Source: Eledone cirrhosa (lineage: Eukaryota). From it: 64,000 nt of DNA. The notes under the pieces were generated by a model. The model saw only the letters and a list, made by a program, of their open reading frames with translations. It did not search any database and was not told where the DNA came from. The stretch covers positions 74,400,001 to 74,464,000 of the forward strand of contig OZ024746.1 in assembly GCA_964016885.1 (NCBI GenBank). The letters run 5' to 3'. The first letter of the stretch is position 1; the number at the start of each line of letters is the position of its first letter. Both the position numbers and the translations under genes were made by a program. Shown piece by piece: positions 28,916-44,433 of this stretch.

Positions 28916-29343
28916 GCAATATTCAATTGAATTCACAGCCTTATAAATATATATATATATAATATATACAATGTATGCTCACAGGAAGGCATTTAAATAT
29001 CATATAAACAACATTATATATACATACAGATATTAAAATAATGGTATTTCATTTCAGCAGTTTCCATTACTCTGTTGCGTTTCGTTTCTTTAAATCACAA
29101 ACAATAACATGCAATAATATATCTATACCCATACGTGTGTCTGCATGTTGGTGCATATAATATTTGTATATCTGTATATATTTATAACTATATGTTAGCC
29201 ATGGAGACGCATCTATATGTGCATTTAGATGATGTGACATATTAATTAAAATATGTCCAAATACTAATATATTCATATTTTGTCAAGTTATATTTTATCT
29301 ATCTACTTATCTAGCTATTTTGTAGTCAAACCGAATTATTCTT

Positions 29344-29383
<40 letters not shown>

Positions 29384-29390
29384 GATATAG

Positions 29391-29483
<93 letters not shown>

Positions 29484-29634
29484 GAGAGAGAGAAATGTTG
29501 AGTCACGGAGAGAGTCTGCGGTGCTGAAACCGAGGAGACCAGTAATCATGGGAGTACTGGATGTATGGGGAAATGCAGAGTGGGTATAGAGATATAGAAA
29601 ATCCTAACCCTCTGGCGCCGCGGTCGGGATTTTA

Positions 29635-29710
<76 letters not shown>

Positions 29711-29930
29711 CCTCTCTCTCTCTCTCTCTCTGCTCAGACCGAGGAAACGGTAGAGCAGCATTTTAAAATCGAGTTTCTGCAAATAATTACCAATTTTCAC
29801 ATAGCATGACTACGCTGTATATCTACTTTTGAAACAGTTGTAAGCACTCGGAATAAATTACCTTTTTATGATGTCTACCTGTTATTATTCATTCTTTATC
29901 TGATATATTTATAATAGATTCTGTATATAA

Positions 29931-30119
29931 AGGCGGTGAATTGGCAGTATCGGTAGAGGGATGTACGCCATGCTTTCTAGCATAGTTACGTCCCTTTACG
30001 GTCTGAGTTCAAATCCCGCCAAGGTTAACTTTGCCTTTCATCCTTACGGGGTCGATAAAATAAAGTACCAGTAATGTACTGGATAATTGCTGTCCTTGTG
30101 CCTAAAGTAGAAACAATTA
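29931..30119 (+). mobile_element. SINE S1, full length
   Basis: Begins AGGCGGTGAATTGGCAG; direct repeat ATTATTCATTCTTTATCT at about 29884 and 30116. Confidence 0.9.
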
Positions 30120-30417
30120 TTCATTCTTTATCTACACTCCGGAATACAGAAGGATCAGAAACTGAGTTTCTTCAACTATTCTTCCATAACTCGTTGAGTA
30201 ACCCCTCAGCGTACGTCAACTCTATCTAGTGTAGTAATTAATCATTACTGCATTCAGGATAATCCTAAGCATTTCTTGCATAACCTAATATATATATAAT
30301 AAAGTACATATTTTGATTATGCGAATATTTTTCATTTGTTAACATTTTGAATAATATATATATATATATATATATATGTAAATATGATAATAATGGAGCT
30401 GCGGCGTTGCAAATGGG

Positions 30418-30450
<33 letters not shown>

Positions 30451-30451
<1 letters not shown>

Positions 30452-30700
30452 ATGTTATTAATAAATGGGAACTATATTTATAAAACCATATTTATTCTAT
30501 TATATATAGTTCAAGGGTACCAAAACTTTGGTACGCACTCATCAGATAAAATACAAAATTTGTTTTATAAATAGTCACATACCCAGGAATCAGGCCTTAA
30601 CAGTTCAGGTTCCGTTGGATATATTATACTCCAGAAAAGCTGTCGAGTGGTTCGAATCTATTATAAATATATTTGTTGAATTACCAACAAATTAAATATC
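30451..30700. mobile_element. Diverged family A element (hammerhead with GAAC)
   Basis: Minus strand TTTTAT CTGATGA..GTACCAAA/TTTGGTAC..GAAC TATATA TA ATAGAAT, followed by the forward tail. Confidence 0.7.
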
Positions 30701-30706
30701 TCTTTG

Positions 30707-30753
<47 letters not shown>

Positions 30754-30756
<3 letters not shown>

Positions 30757-30850
30757 GTAGAAGGTGAGTAATATTGTAGAACAATACAACTATGCATATA
30801 ATCAGATAAGTAACACTCAATAGTTGGTAGAACTGGAGTATATATAATAA
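30754..30850 (-). mobile_element. Inverted family-B-like pseudo-LTR end fused to PLE RT
   Basis: AATGTAGAAGGTGAGTAATATTGTAGAACAATA..ACTGGAGTATA aligns with 24771-24865. Confidence 0.7.
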
Positions 30851-31780
30851 AGAAGAAATTAAACAAGGCTCTCTCATATGCGTTAAAATATACAGACATT
30901 ACTACTGAAGAAATAAACATCGTTCTCACCGCTAGGAAAACTATCTTGGAATTTAAGAATGAATATTGGACAAGAGCGGATACTTCCAAGAATTTCGACA
31001 TCACCATGGGTTTTTCAGATTCAGCTCAACTGACCGGCTCAGTTGGAATTTTCATCTTGAATTCTTTAAACCGGAAAACTCCCCAACTATGCGGTGGGAT
31101 TTATCCTGATGATGCTCTTTTTACTGTCTCTAATTATAACAATGTAATCTTTAATATATACTTGATCTATTTAAGCATCTTAACTTAAAAATTGAATTCG
31201 AGAATAATGATAAACTAGCACATTTCCTTGATATATCCCTTAATCTAGATACCGGCCTATATTACCCATATCATAAGGATAACGAGAACTTAAATTACGT
31301 TAACGTTAAATCTAACCACCCTAATAATGTTAAAACTGCTATAGTCAAAAGTGTAGAAAATAGAATTTCTAATTTATCCTCTAATAAATATATCTTCGAA
31401 GCTAATACCAACTATTATAATAATGCACTATCTAGGGCTGGAAATGTAGACAAAATTAGGTATACTAAAGAACTTAACCTTCGCTGAGCTTATAATAACT
31501 CTACTAATGTAGCTAGTAATAATCATACTGATAACAAAAGGAGGAGACCTAGATATAAAAATATCCTTTAGTACAACGCTCCCTTCTCTCTTTCCGTTAT
31601 TAATAATATCCTTAAATTATTTTTTAGGGCATTACATAACAGCTTCCCTCCTTCACATATATATAGCAAGATTTTCAATAGGCATACTATTAAATTCTCA
31701 TATTCTACTACTTCGAACATTTCTAAAATTATCTCAAGACATAATTCTAAAATATTAAATAATAACTCATATGCATCCAA
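30850..31780 (+). pseudogene. Penelope-like element reverse transcriptase, decayed
   Basis: NFDITMGFSDSAQLTGSVGIFIL..GGIYPDDALF (compare FDVTMGSYDGAE..GLYRDDGL), FLDISLNL, YVNVKSNHP, NRISNLSSN, YNAPFSLSV, FPPSHIYSKIFNRHTIKFSYS; interrupted by stops and frameshifts. Confidence 0.9.
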
Positions 31781-32596
31781 CTATGAGAGTCATAATAATA
31801 ACACTATAAGGCCAGACGTCAATCTAAACTCTAGGCAAAATAACACAAGTATAAATACGACGTCAAATGTAACTTTGACGAATGCATCAAATAGTAATGT
31901 AAATCTGGAAACTTTAGCACTTCCTTTAATTAATTCCACCACTCCAGTTCCTAATATAATTAATCCTGGGCCATTATCTCGAATTTCAACACAATAATAA
32001 ATCGAAGAACCGATTTATTTGGACTTTGTAATCATAAATCCACCAAGACCTTTCACAAAGTATACAGCTGATGTCCTATAACATAGTCACCGTTATCTTT
32101 ACACATTTTTCATTATATTCTACAATGTATTACTTTGGTTTTCTCATCATATATTAGGCCTTTGACCTTTTTTTCTAGAGCCTTAGATTTTCGCTCAAAC
32201 CTTCGTAGATTTTGTAAACAAATTATGACGTCATATGTTTTTCTACGTATATAAAACTTTCTAGCAATTTCCTTTATTTACTTTTTCATATAAAATAAAA
32301 ATTATATAGATTTTTACTGGAAATTATTAATTTTGACATAGACTATTTTTATTTTTATTTTATTTTATAAAAATCGTTTTTTATATTTATTTTATTTTAT
32401 TTTATTTTATTTTATTTTATTTTATTAATACACTTCTTAATCCAATTTTCAGTATTTAAACCCAATATAAAATAATATACCCAGTTTCTAGATTTAGAGC
32501 TCTAATATTTAGTTCATGATGAGCTTTGTTTTACGAATGTATTTATTACGAGTTTGGAATCCGATTGTTTTGTCAATTTTGGGTTTTTCTGAATGT

Positions 32597-32778
32597 TGGA
32601 TTGGCAGTATCGGTAGAGCGTCAGACACCATGCTTTGCAGCATAAAATTATGGCCATTTACGCTCGGTGTTCAAGTCCCGCCGAGGTTAGCTTTGCCTTT
32701 CATCCTTACGGGGTCGATAAAATAAACAGCAGTAATACACTAGGGTAATAGCTGGCCTTGTGCTGAAAGTAGAACAAA
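32597..32778 (+). mobile_element. SINE S1, diverged
   Basis: Head, B-box, core and tail recognisable. Confidence 0.85.
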
Positions 32779-32996
32779 TGATTTACATATAGGGCACTCA
32801 GTGATTGCTTTGCGATTATTCTGGGTGTGTGGGTGTTCGAAATTCTGTGATTGACGTTTCTACCAGCTTGTTTGCATATACATGTATATAGTGTACATAT
32901 GTGTAATGTATGTGTGTGTGCATTTCGGGCAGTTATTGATAGTGAGTAGACTGGTTGAAGCAAAACCGGTCTTATTTGAGCATATATATGTGTGTC

Positions 32997-33075
<79 letters not shown>

Positions 33076-33168
33076 TTATTTATTTATAGTTAAATCTTGG
33101 ACGGAAACAAAAACAGAGAGGCAGTACAAATATGAGTTTATTAGGTTCACGATTTTGAGAGTGGGGGA

Positions 33169-33216
<48 letters not shown>

Positions 33217-33695
33217 TGAATGAGTGTGTGAGAGAGAGTGAGTGAGAGATTGTGTGTGAGAGAGAGAGAGAAATAGAGAGCAATAGAAAGAAACGGTATA
33301 TGTTTGCAAGGTGTATGAACGCAGTTTGAGGCAGGGTTCTTTAACACCTCCTCGGTAATCAATATCTTACATAGTGACGGAGATCTTGAATTAAAGACTA
33401 TTTTCCGCACCATATGGATAAGTACCAGATACGGTGTTAACCCAGAAGTGTAAGTGTGTTTGTGAGAGAAAGTGATACTGTACTGAAAAAGGGAGAGACA
33501 GGTAGGTAGAGAGGGGCTAAGAAATATAAAATGATATATTTATGTGTGCTTGTTTGCATTTATAGTGTGCCAAAGTCGACATTTATACATACATATGTAG
33601 GTATCTATCTATCTATCTAGCTCTCTATCTCTCTCTCTATATATATATATATATACATATATATACATATACATACCGCCTAATATATATGTAGT

Positions 33696-33788
<93 letters not shown>

Positions 33789-34137
33789 TCATTTTTGCAA
33801 AGTCTATACAAATCCACATATCTACTCCGATTGACTTCAAACTTGCATTTACGTATATATTCCTTGCGGTCTAAAGATATTAGCTGCAGCTTTTATTTTT
33901 CAATTTTCTGTTGTTAAAGGGGTGTTAGGCGCCGGTTATCGATCTCCGTCGAGCCCTTATAATATCTGTCTGTATGTCTGGCTGTCTGCATAACGACATT
34001 CTGACGAACACGTCATTGCTGACGTATTATCTTCGCCACATTCACACACACACATATACACGTATACATATATATATATATATGTACTGTATATATATAC
34101 ACATATGTATATATGTTTGTGTCTCACAAACATATAT

Positions 34138-34204
<67 letters not shown>

Positions 34205-34241
34205 TACATATATATATACATATATATATACATATATATAC

Positions 34242-34274
<33 letters not shown>

Positions 34275-34299
34275 CATATACAAACACATATACACACAC

Positions 34300-34360
<61 letters not shown>

Positions 34361-34397
34361 TACATATATATATACATATATATATACATATATATAC

Positions 34398-34430
<33 letters not shown>

Positions 34431-34757
34431 CATATACAAACACATATACACACACATATACACACACATATATACATATTCTTATATATAAATATACACA
34501 TGAAAATATATCTATCTATCTAGGGCGGGTAAAATTCTCGAGATTTATGGACGAGTTCTCTCCAGCGTGGGTTTTGGCCGTGTAAAAAAGGTTATAACAA
34601 GAAGATAGAAATACCAAAAAATTCAAAAATTCCCCAATAGGGGGGGGGGAGCTTCTGAGGGTTACTCGTGGCGAAAACCACACAAAAGATTACTGCCACC
34701 CTGACCACCAGTGCAAGCGCCCTCTCTCAGTCTTCCACTCCTCGGTCTAGAGGAGCA

Positions 34758-35318
34758 TAATCAGAGCGGGCCCAGCCAAGCGCCGGATATGTCCAGATGC
34801 TCGACACTGCTCTTAAGGAATATGAAGCAGTGACAGGAGCAAAGTTAAAACAGGAAAAGTCGGTGGACTTGCAGCTCGCCACCTGGAGAGGAAAGTCCAT
34901 GCTGCCCGACAGCTCGTGGGGCGCTGGACGGAAGGACCGGTTAAATTGTTCGGGGTCTGGTTCGGTCCGGACCTCCAGAGGGAGAAAAACTGGAGCGAGG
35001 TGACGAACAGGGTGGCCTCTCTCACCCAGGAATGGGCCGAGAGGAAGCTGTCCCTGAAAGGTCGGGCAGAAGTGGTGAATGCGTTCATCGCATCCGTCAT
35101 CTGATACCGCCTAACCGTTGTGCCTTGCCCCGGCCCAACTCTGACAAACATGGGGCACCTCCTCTTCCGCTTTTTATGGAAGGGACGTGTTCCCATGGTC
35201 AGACGATCCATCTGCTGTCAACACCCGTTGCGTGGAGGGCTGGGTTTGCCGTGGCTGATGATGCGCAAACACGCGCTGTAGCTGCGACATCACTGGTGCT
35301 TCCTTGACGGTGCAAACA
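34758..35318 (+). pseudogene. L1/Tx1-clade LINE ORF2 fragment (post-RT region)
   Basis: YEAVTGAKLKQEKS..VKLFGVWFG..WAERKLSLKGRAEVVNAFIASVI*YRLTVVPCP..LFRFLWKGR..GGLGLP; GC-rich relative to flanks; ends at (CA)n. Confidence 0.85.
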
Positions 35319-35323
35319 CGAGG

Positions 35324-35428
<105 letters not shown>

Positions 35429-35520
35429 ATTTAACTTTTATATGTATGTATAGATATACATACATATACACACACATATATATATATAAATACATATATA
35501 TATATATACACATAAAAATA

Positions 35521-35750
35521 TATCTATCTATCTAGCGCGGGGAAAATTCCCGAGATCCATGGACGAGTTCTCTCCAGTGGTCTCTGTCCCTCATCAACAG
35601 CGTCTGTCCTTAGGGCATCAACATATGTTAACTTCGGTCTTCCTCTTCCAGTGTGTCCATGCAGGGGCTCCCACGGGAGCACTGAGTGCAGTGACAACTC
35701 TGGATGTCGGTGAACATGTCCAGTTCGTGAGTATTTAACAGGCACTCACA
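35521..35750 (-). mobile_element. RTE-like LINE 3' end with (GATA)n tail
   Basis: TGHVHRHPELSLHSVLPWEPLHGHTGRGRPKLTYVDAL; a second 3' tip of the same element lies at about 34510-34567. Confidence 0.75.
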
Positions 35751-35791
35751 AATAAACGTTTCTCATTGGAGGTGCCATTACCAATGTTCTT

Positions 35792-35822
35792 ACCCGTGAA
35801 ACGCCGGGATACACTGCCTGTA
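35792..35822 (+). mobile_element. Possible Helitron 3' terminus
   Basis: CCCGTGAAACGCCGGG hairpin about 10 nt before a degenerate CTAG-like end. Confidence 0.3.
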
Positions 35823-36541
35823 TATATATTGAATGGGAGACAGAGCGAGAAAATTGGTGAAAGATACAAAGATGCAATGAAGATATATCAATAAATTAAA
35901 AAAACAGACATCACACATTTCATGATCAGTTAGAAATATTCAATATGTGTTAATATAACCAGTAATAATCAGGTATGATTAAGAATGGTCCAGCAGAAAA
36001 AGGTAGGACGGTTATTGCTTATGCCTTTAGAGGTCTTTTATATTACACTTTATTTCCCTATCCCACTCTCTAAGATTCTATGCATGTCTTCCTCCAGTTT
36101 CTCTAATTTATTCACTGAGGATCTTTGTCATATATCCATCAATCTCATATGCATATTAATTTCGTGAGTAAATACATAACTCTATAAACTTACAGATAGA
36201 AAAATATGTACACATATATTCATATGTCTGTGACTCTCGTGCGTACATACATACATATATTTATAGGTATATAATAATAATAATAAGTATTTTACATATA
36301 AGTATAATAGAATAAAAAATATATATACATATATATAGGTGTATATATATATATATGTATGTATGTATGAATGTATGAATGTATGTATGTATAAGTGTAT
36401 GTATATTAGTGTATGTATATATGTATGCATGTATATATATATATACATGCATACATACAATCATATGTATATACATACATATATACATACATACATTTAT
36501 ACATACATACATATATATGTATACACCTATATATATACACC

Positions 36542-36582
<41 letters not shown>

Positions 36583-37479
36583 ATGTATATGTAGATCATC
36601 ATTCGTTTCCATTCGTCTGTATCTCCGGAAATCTTAATAGAAATGGTAATGTTTATATATACTTAAAACGAATGACCTTTTGAAAAATGCATAATTTATA
36701 CAAGAAAACAAAATTAACCATATACGCGCACGTGTGTGTCCACACAGAAATGCACGTAAACATAAACATACAAACACACAGAGACACATGCATACACACT
36801 CACACGCACACGCACACACATTATATCTATCTATCTATATGTGTGCGTGCGCGCGTGTGCGCGTGTGTGTGCGTGTGTGTGTGTGTGTCTGTGTCTGTGT
36901 GAGTGTATTTGTATGTATGATGCTAAAGTTATTATGATGCACATATAAAATATTTGTTAATATACATATATGTAAATATAGAAATATGTGTGTATCAAAA
37001 TATTTATATATAGGAATTCATATCTATTTATAGATGCATTTATGTTTCTATATGAGAGTATTCGCATATATATATATGTGTGAGTGTGTATGTTTATTTT
37101 ATCTATATACATATCTTTCTATATACATATGTATGTATATATAGATGTGTGTTTATACGTATCAATTACACACCCACATATACACATATGTAAATATTTT
37201 CTTCCGTTCTGGTGATCCTATATACCCCAAGTGAGGAAGTATTTAAAGATAGAAAGAGAGTAGTTTATATATAGATTTATTCTTATTTTTACAACATAGC
37301 CATGATGACACACCAAAGCCTGCATCCGCCAAGCATCATAAGCTTTGCAAAATTATCGAGCCCATTTTGTATGCCTATAAATAAATGTCTCACTCCCCCT
37401 CCCACTCACCATTTGCTCCTCCATTTTGCACACCATGTGTGTGTCAGAGTAAGACATAGTTTATCCAATGTTCTCTTTA

Positions 37480-37516
<37 letters not shown>

Positions 37517-37594
37517 AAAACTTACTCACATTCACACTTTCCTTTACTAATATTCCTGTTTTTACTCACTCGTAAGACTTTTTTAAATTTACGT

Positions 37595-37940
37595 TGCTGC
37601 ATGTTAATTGGACGACAAGGTCACATCAGAAGCTCTCTGCATTCCAGAACCACATCATGAGACTTATGACTAGCAAGCGGCTCAGCGATCGTATCTGTAT
37701 CAGTGAGCTGCTCAACATTACCAAACTTAGACCAATTACATCAATTGTCAAGTCAAGGGTACTCAAACTATACAGTCATATAAAAAGATCAACTCGTAGT
37801 GTGAATAGGTTATGCCGGTTGGCTGGTAGAGAAGCAGAGGTCAAAACGATGGCTTGTTAATGTCAACTTATGGACTGGACTTGATCTTTGTTCTTTGAAA
37901 CCTGCTGCTGGTGATCGAACTTTGTGGAGAGAGATATCAC
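37595..37940 (+). pseudogene. RTE-like LINE C-terminal fragment
   Basis: QKLSAFQNHIMRLMTSKRLSDRICISELLNITKLRPITSIVKSRVLKLYSHIKR. Confidence 0.7.
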
Positions 37941-39099
37941 ATGTTGATGCACAGTCTGCAATTGGCGGAGTTTAGCGCCACAAAGAATGTTTACGAAACA
38001 AGGTTTATTTTATCGACCACTGTAATTAAACTTTCAACAAATGCAGGAAATGAAAATTGTGCACATTATGTAAAAACATTTATTCGTAACACATCCAAAG
38101 TCGACCAGTTTTCGGCGAGAGAGAAATATTGCTTTTAGCACTATGGATATTTAACGAGCAAATGAGAGAATCTTTTGAAACACCAGCCAAATGACACTCT
38201 TACAGCATCTCAATTAAGAAACAGAACTTGTTAGGAAATATAAGTCTTCCTTCATGAGATGGTCACAACTGGAATGTCTTCTTCTAATATTTCTATTTCA
38301 ACAGAATTCGCCTGTAGCAACCAATAATAAAATAAACAAAAGGAAACACAAAGCCCTAACGAAATATCTATCTATAACTCACTATATTTGATGTCTCTTA
38401 TTTTCGTCCTATTTTGTTAGGCTACGTGATAAACTTATTAGCATGGAGATTTATGCTAATATGTTACTCAAATGTGATAACATCGAACGTTTTATGAATA
38501 TTTTATTGACGAGATAAAGTCTGTTTATGTAAAGAAGCAACTCGGATCACGTCACATGGTCAACTTTTTCGAGAATGAAGTAAAACAGATATCTTCTAGT
38601 AATGTTATATTTACTTATTTGAAACTCAACTTTCAACATGTTACTTCAACAGAAAAACTTCAACGAAGTTCAGGCTCCTCGTAACTTAGCGGTGTATATA
38701 CAATTATATCTCTGAATAACAGACATGTATATATTCACTGGCGTAAAGTAGAGTAAATACATTAATAAAATATTAGATTATTTTGGGTTATTATCCATAT
38801 GAAATTAGATAGTTAAGTGGATGAATGCATGAACGTAGAAGATTGAATAAAATAAAAATCCTATTAGTTGATGACTAAAATTATCATTACGTCTACAAAC
38901 ACAGGAAACAAATCCGGACAAAGTTCTTTATTATTAACTTTATACGACATCTTCTGGATTATGTGCGAAGAAAACGAAATGTGTGGAGAGCTAGAAAGAG
39001 TTCAGGTAAAAAGTGAAAAAAGATGTACATGATTAATGTGAGAAATTACAAACAATGGATGAAAGTGGTACGACAATTGCCTCGCAATACGTTGTTCGA

Positions 39100-39223
39100 A
39101 TGCAGGCAATGCTTCTTCCTTTTCCGGTTTAAAAAATGAATTTTATATATATAAATATATATATATATATAAATATATATATTATATATTTTAAACCGGA
39201 AAAGGAAGAAGCATTGTCTGCAT
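39100..39223. repeat. Inverted repeat around a TA spacer
   Basis: ATGCAGGCAATGCTTCTTCCTTTTCCGGTTTAAAA and its reverse complement, 1 mismatch. Confidence 0.85.
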
Positions 39224-39317
39224 ATGTTATGTCTTCATTACGTTTATTGAGTAGTGACACGCTTTTCGCTAATTATCTGCTCAAGGTTCCATCTGTATCG
39301 ATCTAGCTACATATCAA

Positions 39318-39505
39318 GTTTAATATAGAAATGCCTTCTACATGACTAAAACTGATTCATTCAAAAGAAATCATAAGGAAAGCCGGCTGTCCTGATGATT
39401 TATTTTGAACAAAATAATTCTAGTCCTGTAGAAACGATTTCTAGATTAAACATGATGTTTACACTCTACTAATGTATTGAGTACCTTCTAACTGTGGTTA
39501 CCCCA
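39318..39505. mobile_element. Foldback element family C, diverged
   Basis: Same arms and tail as the 5.2 kb and 12.8 kb copies. Confidence 0.65.
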
Positions 39506-39525
39506 GGGCTCTCTCTCTCTCTCTC

Positions 39526-39575
<50 letters not shown>

Positions 39576-39590
39576 TTCTCTCTCTCTCTC

Positions 39591-39673
<83 letters not shown>

Positions 39674-42600
39674 CGTGTGTGTTTGTATGTGCGAGATATA
39701 GAATATGTAAGCTCCAATGTCTTTATGTATATGCCCTAGATATGTCTTTTATTTGATAGTTAAATATACATGAATATACTCATGCCTGTTTATATACAAC
39801 GATGCATATTTGGGAGTGTGTATATCTAAATTAGATACATTTTATGTATGTAATTTTACATGCCCACACAAGCATGGTTGTATTCATTTACCGAATAAGA
39901 TTAGGTATGTTATTTTGTAGGCATATCTGTGCACACACTCACCCACATAAAATATATATATATATTTATATTTTGTATGCGTGTGTAAATGTGTATGAGT
40001 GTATAAAGAGTGTCTGTGTATATAATTAAACAGGAATGTATTGTTACACATATAACAAAGCTGATTCATTATATATCAATGTCACTGGTATATAATCTAA
40101 AAAACTGGTGATACAGGCAACATATACTTTTAATAATCATTCATTTTATTCACACTATTCATGAGAGTAAATGCTTCTATTTAACGTGCGAAACTAACGT
40201 GGTTTTATATGTATTATTTCGTGATGTAGGGCCTAAAATTAATTATTTGTTATAGTCTACAGGTTAAATTCCACTAGTTAGTCATACTTATCAAAGCCAA
40301 GATTATATGTCAATGTGTGTGAATGTTTGTGTATGTGTACATGTACAATGCACACTATCTGCCTGGCTTCAATGTTTTTTCCTTTGAAGCTAATAGAGTT
40401 TTGGTTTTACTTTGAACAAAGTATGTGACAACGATTATCAAGTAAACTACAGAGAATATCTTTTTTTAATAGACATTTTTAGATAGAATTCAATGTTTTC
40501 TATAGGTAAGAAGCGTAGACATAAAATTGCTATGTGTTAAATACGCTTCGATAGTAGGATGCACGTCAGCAGAATGATGGAAAACTATTTAGATTAAGAT
40601 TTTACATAATAAATTAAAAATTAAAATTAATGGAACACTCATACAATTTAAACTTTTTTTAGAACAGGCAATTCAATATAATAAAACTGGAAACAAAGAC
40701 TACTTCAGATTGGAGAGGCAGAAAATGAGATGAAGAATAGTGGAACAGGTTTCGGTTTTCGGTTGTACTGTGAACCTTTTCAAATCAAAATCTAATGAAA
40801 TTTGATGGTTTGGTGCTGTATTAGAAACAATCATATATGTACGAGTATATGCGTATCAGCACATATTTATTGTATGTAAGTATGTATGTTCTGGTTATAT
40901 TACTATTTATTTAGTTTTAAATTCCCCACCAACAAAGACGGGTTGACTGGTTCTAAGATGAAACAAGGCCCTTTCATTGGAATTGAGACAGCAGCATCAA
41001 ATAGTTAATTATGTGCGTCTGTGTGTGTGCGCGCGTGTGTGTGTGTGTGAGTGCGCTTGTGTGTATGTGTGTGTAAGTAGCGATATCATTGCGTGTCTGG
41101 ATCGGTTATGCATTGAGTTATATTTGGACATATACATATATTTCTCTATCTATACGTATGCAGTTATTACATGCTAAACTTCTGGAATGATTTATATATC
41201 TTTGCATTACATTAATGGCCTGTAATCTGTGTATGAATGTATGTTTGTATCTTGTCACGATGGCTCAAATTTAGGTACGTTTATCCGGCTTCCTTTAAAA
41301 TTACATTTCAAATTATGTATTTTGTTTACTTAATTTTATGGGAATCCAATTTCTAGATATCAACATTATCCGGTGCAGTAAAGTGGGATTTGGAATCAGA
41401 AAGCACAAAAACGGAAGAGGTACCGCAAGTCATCCCATCCGAAGGAATTCAATGACTAGCAGGGCTGTTACATAATATATCGAAGCTGTAATATAAAAGT
41501 TGATCTCGGTAGGATTTGAATACCGATCGTTGAGATGCGGAAATAATGTCGTATGAACTTATGTTGTAACCACTCTTCCATTTCACTGTCTATTAAGGAA
41601 GGGATTGTGAATATAGGGTGTTTGTGTGGTGCTGAGATTGAGTTCGTTCCAGGGTTTATTTAAAATCAAGTGTTCAACACAAATTCAAAAAGGATATTCG
41701 GTGCATCAATTATATATATATTTGGTATTGTATTGCTCGAGACCTTTCCTGGCAGAACATTCTGCTAGAAAGTATATAGTCTCTTGAAATGATAGGTAGG
41801 TTTCAGTCATCCAATATCCCAGGTAAAAATCCTACATAAGTAAACATATGTATGTTTACTTAGTGTTCAATATTTAAAATGCAAAATAATATGGTTGCAC
41901 GCACACACACTACACATTCACACACATTCTCATACTTTTCAAAAGCTTTCCATATTTTCTTTCCACCCACCCCTCACACTATATTTTTTACATTTTTCTC
42001 TGATCGTATGAATGGAGGCTTGTCTGTGTGTTTGTATGTGTTTGTGTGTGTGTGTGTTTGAGTACGCGCATTATATGTACACACATGTATACGTATGCAA
42101 GAATGTATAAATGTAAGCCTGTTTGGCTTTTTATTGGATTCTGATATATATATATATATATATATTTGTGCGTGTGAGCGTGTGAGCGTGCATACACAGA
42201 TATATACAAATACATATACTTGCGTGTTTGAGATGCCTGTCCACGCTTGTGTTCACGTATGTATAAAAAAGACGCAGAGGTAAGGCATATTAAAGAAGAG
42301 ATAATAAATATAGATATAGAGTATAGATAGAAGATTGTGATAAAATTATAGATATAAATATAGATATGGATATAGATTTTGGATTGTAAGGGCGCTGAGT
42401 TCTTTCGCTCTGTATATATAGATAGGAATCACCGGAGTTGGAATAGCAGCTTTGATATTTTGAAATGGAAAAAAACGAAAAAAAAAAACAGATAATAGTT
42501 TCTATAATATCTTGAAATGGAAAATGAAAACACGTACGTGTGAAATCTAGCTGCAACCACACTGTCTTAAAACATGACTAGAAGATTTACAAAACCTCTT

Positions 42601-44190
42601 TTATAGTGTTTAAAATTTTCAATACACTATATGAGAATGAAATACATATCTTTAATATTTACTTATCTCAAAATGTTGTTGCTGCTTTTGTTCTCATCGA
42701 TTAGCTTCAAATCCTTCCAGATTATACTGCGTTACGGCCAAAGTGTTCGAACGATATTTAATCTGATAGATTTTATTTTATCATATTATCCAATACATCG
42801 TGCCTTATTTTAATGCAATTTTGTGTAATACAATTTTTTTTAATTTCTAGACGATCATTTGACTAAATAGAGGCCCGTTGTTGTCCCAGGTTTTACATAT
42901 TAGAGTAGATGTGTGACGGAAGGTATTCCAGCCATCACCACTTTATCATTCGAAACAGGTCTTATTTTCATATTATTCAATGTATTATTCTCTATTGCAA
43001 GTTAGTAAATTGTACATTATTAGCGATATAACCTGTATGTTGAGCAGGATTTGATGAACGCCTGCTCGATCCCCCCATTAGGTTGCTGTGATATAAGGAC
43101 ATATCTGACATATTGAGCACAATTATTTTTCAGGCAAGAAACATTAATCATTTTAATAATCCACTGCATAAAGCAGTAAATATGCTCCTGCCACAAAGTA
43201 AAATACAGCCAACGACAGTGATTTTAAATAGTTATTGTCTGTTAGAAGCCATATTTCGCTCATAACATATCCCACCGTCTTGAATAAAACGTCACGTTAG
43301 ATAATGTAGTTTAATGTATAATCTGCTACGAAAATGAGGAAAACAAGGCAGTGTTTCAGATAATAGGTGTTTTGTTGATATACGTACACAGCAGGTTTCT
43401 GATATTGACTGTTATAATACCATACGGCAAACAGCCGGGCACAATAGGGGTCCTGTTATCTGCGACTAGAAATATAGGGGTATATCATAGTTTATGTATA
43501 CTTAACCAGCACAAAATTCTTTTCAATACAGTTGAATATTAGCACTAGCAAAAATGAAATTGATGATGATATACACACCATTTATTGGTAAATATTAAAT
43601 AAATCGTCTGTATTCCCACTTGGTGCTTCTACCTCTCAAACAGGTGTTAAAGGTTAACGGATGTATACAATAATCAACATTACGTTTAATTAGGTTGTTG
43701 CTTCATTGTCCTGATTAACTGAAATATGGTTTTGGCAATAAACGTATCAGGTTTCCCAATGTAACCACAAAAAGGGGTGAGGGCTTGCAGGATCAAAGGA
43801 TCAATAATCCTTGTCATTGTCCTTTCATTGTTTCATACATCCATATGAATATATACTAAATTTATTACTGAAAAATCCCATTGCCAAATGAATTATATGC
43901 ACACATTTATAGGAATTCATTGGAGAAAATTAACTGAGACAAATTCTTTATGTATAATTCTTTATACATAATAGGATGCTCCAGTTTCTGATACACGAAG
44001 TTGGAATATTACTTGTACGGTTTTGGATATACGTATAAGGGTCGATTTCATTTAAAGACGACTATGTTCAACTACTACAACTTAATTTCGTTCATAACTG
44101 TACATTGATATAAATATATCATTCGTATATAAATGCATAGACACGCACTTATACATTTATGCATATATATTGATATATATATATATGCGA

Positions 44191-44226
<36 letters not shown>

Positions 44227-44433
44227 GCGTTGCGTGGGTTCTGTATGTGCGTGCGGGTTTTTTTTTCTTTTGTGTACGTGCGTGTATTTGTATACTTATG
44301 GCGAGTGTTTTCGCGTATGCTTGTGTATGTACGTATATGGATGCGTGTATGTATTTATTTAATTTCAATTACCTCTGTATTTTATTTACTTTATTCTTAA
44401 CTCTGAAGCCGGGATTCATTCGGTTTCCTAGTT

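Noticed and set aside
33335-33955. Short complementary patches (ACGGAGATC / GATCTCCGT) about 560 bp apart
   Set aside because: Too short and discontinuous to call an inverted repeat.
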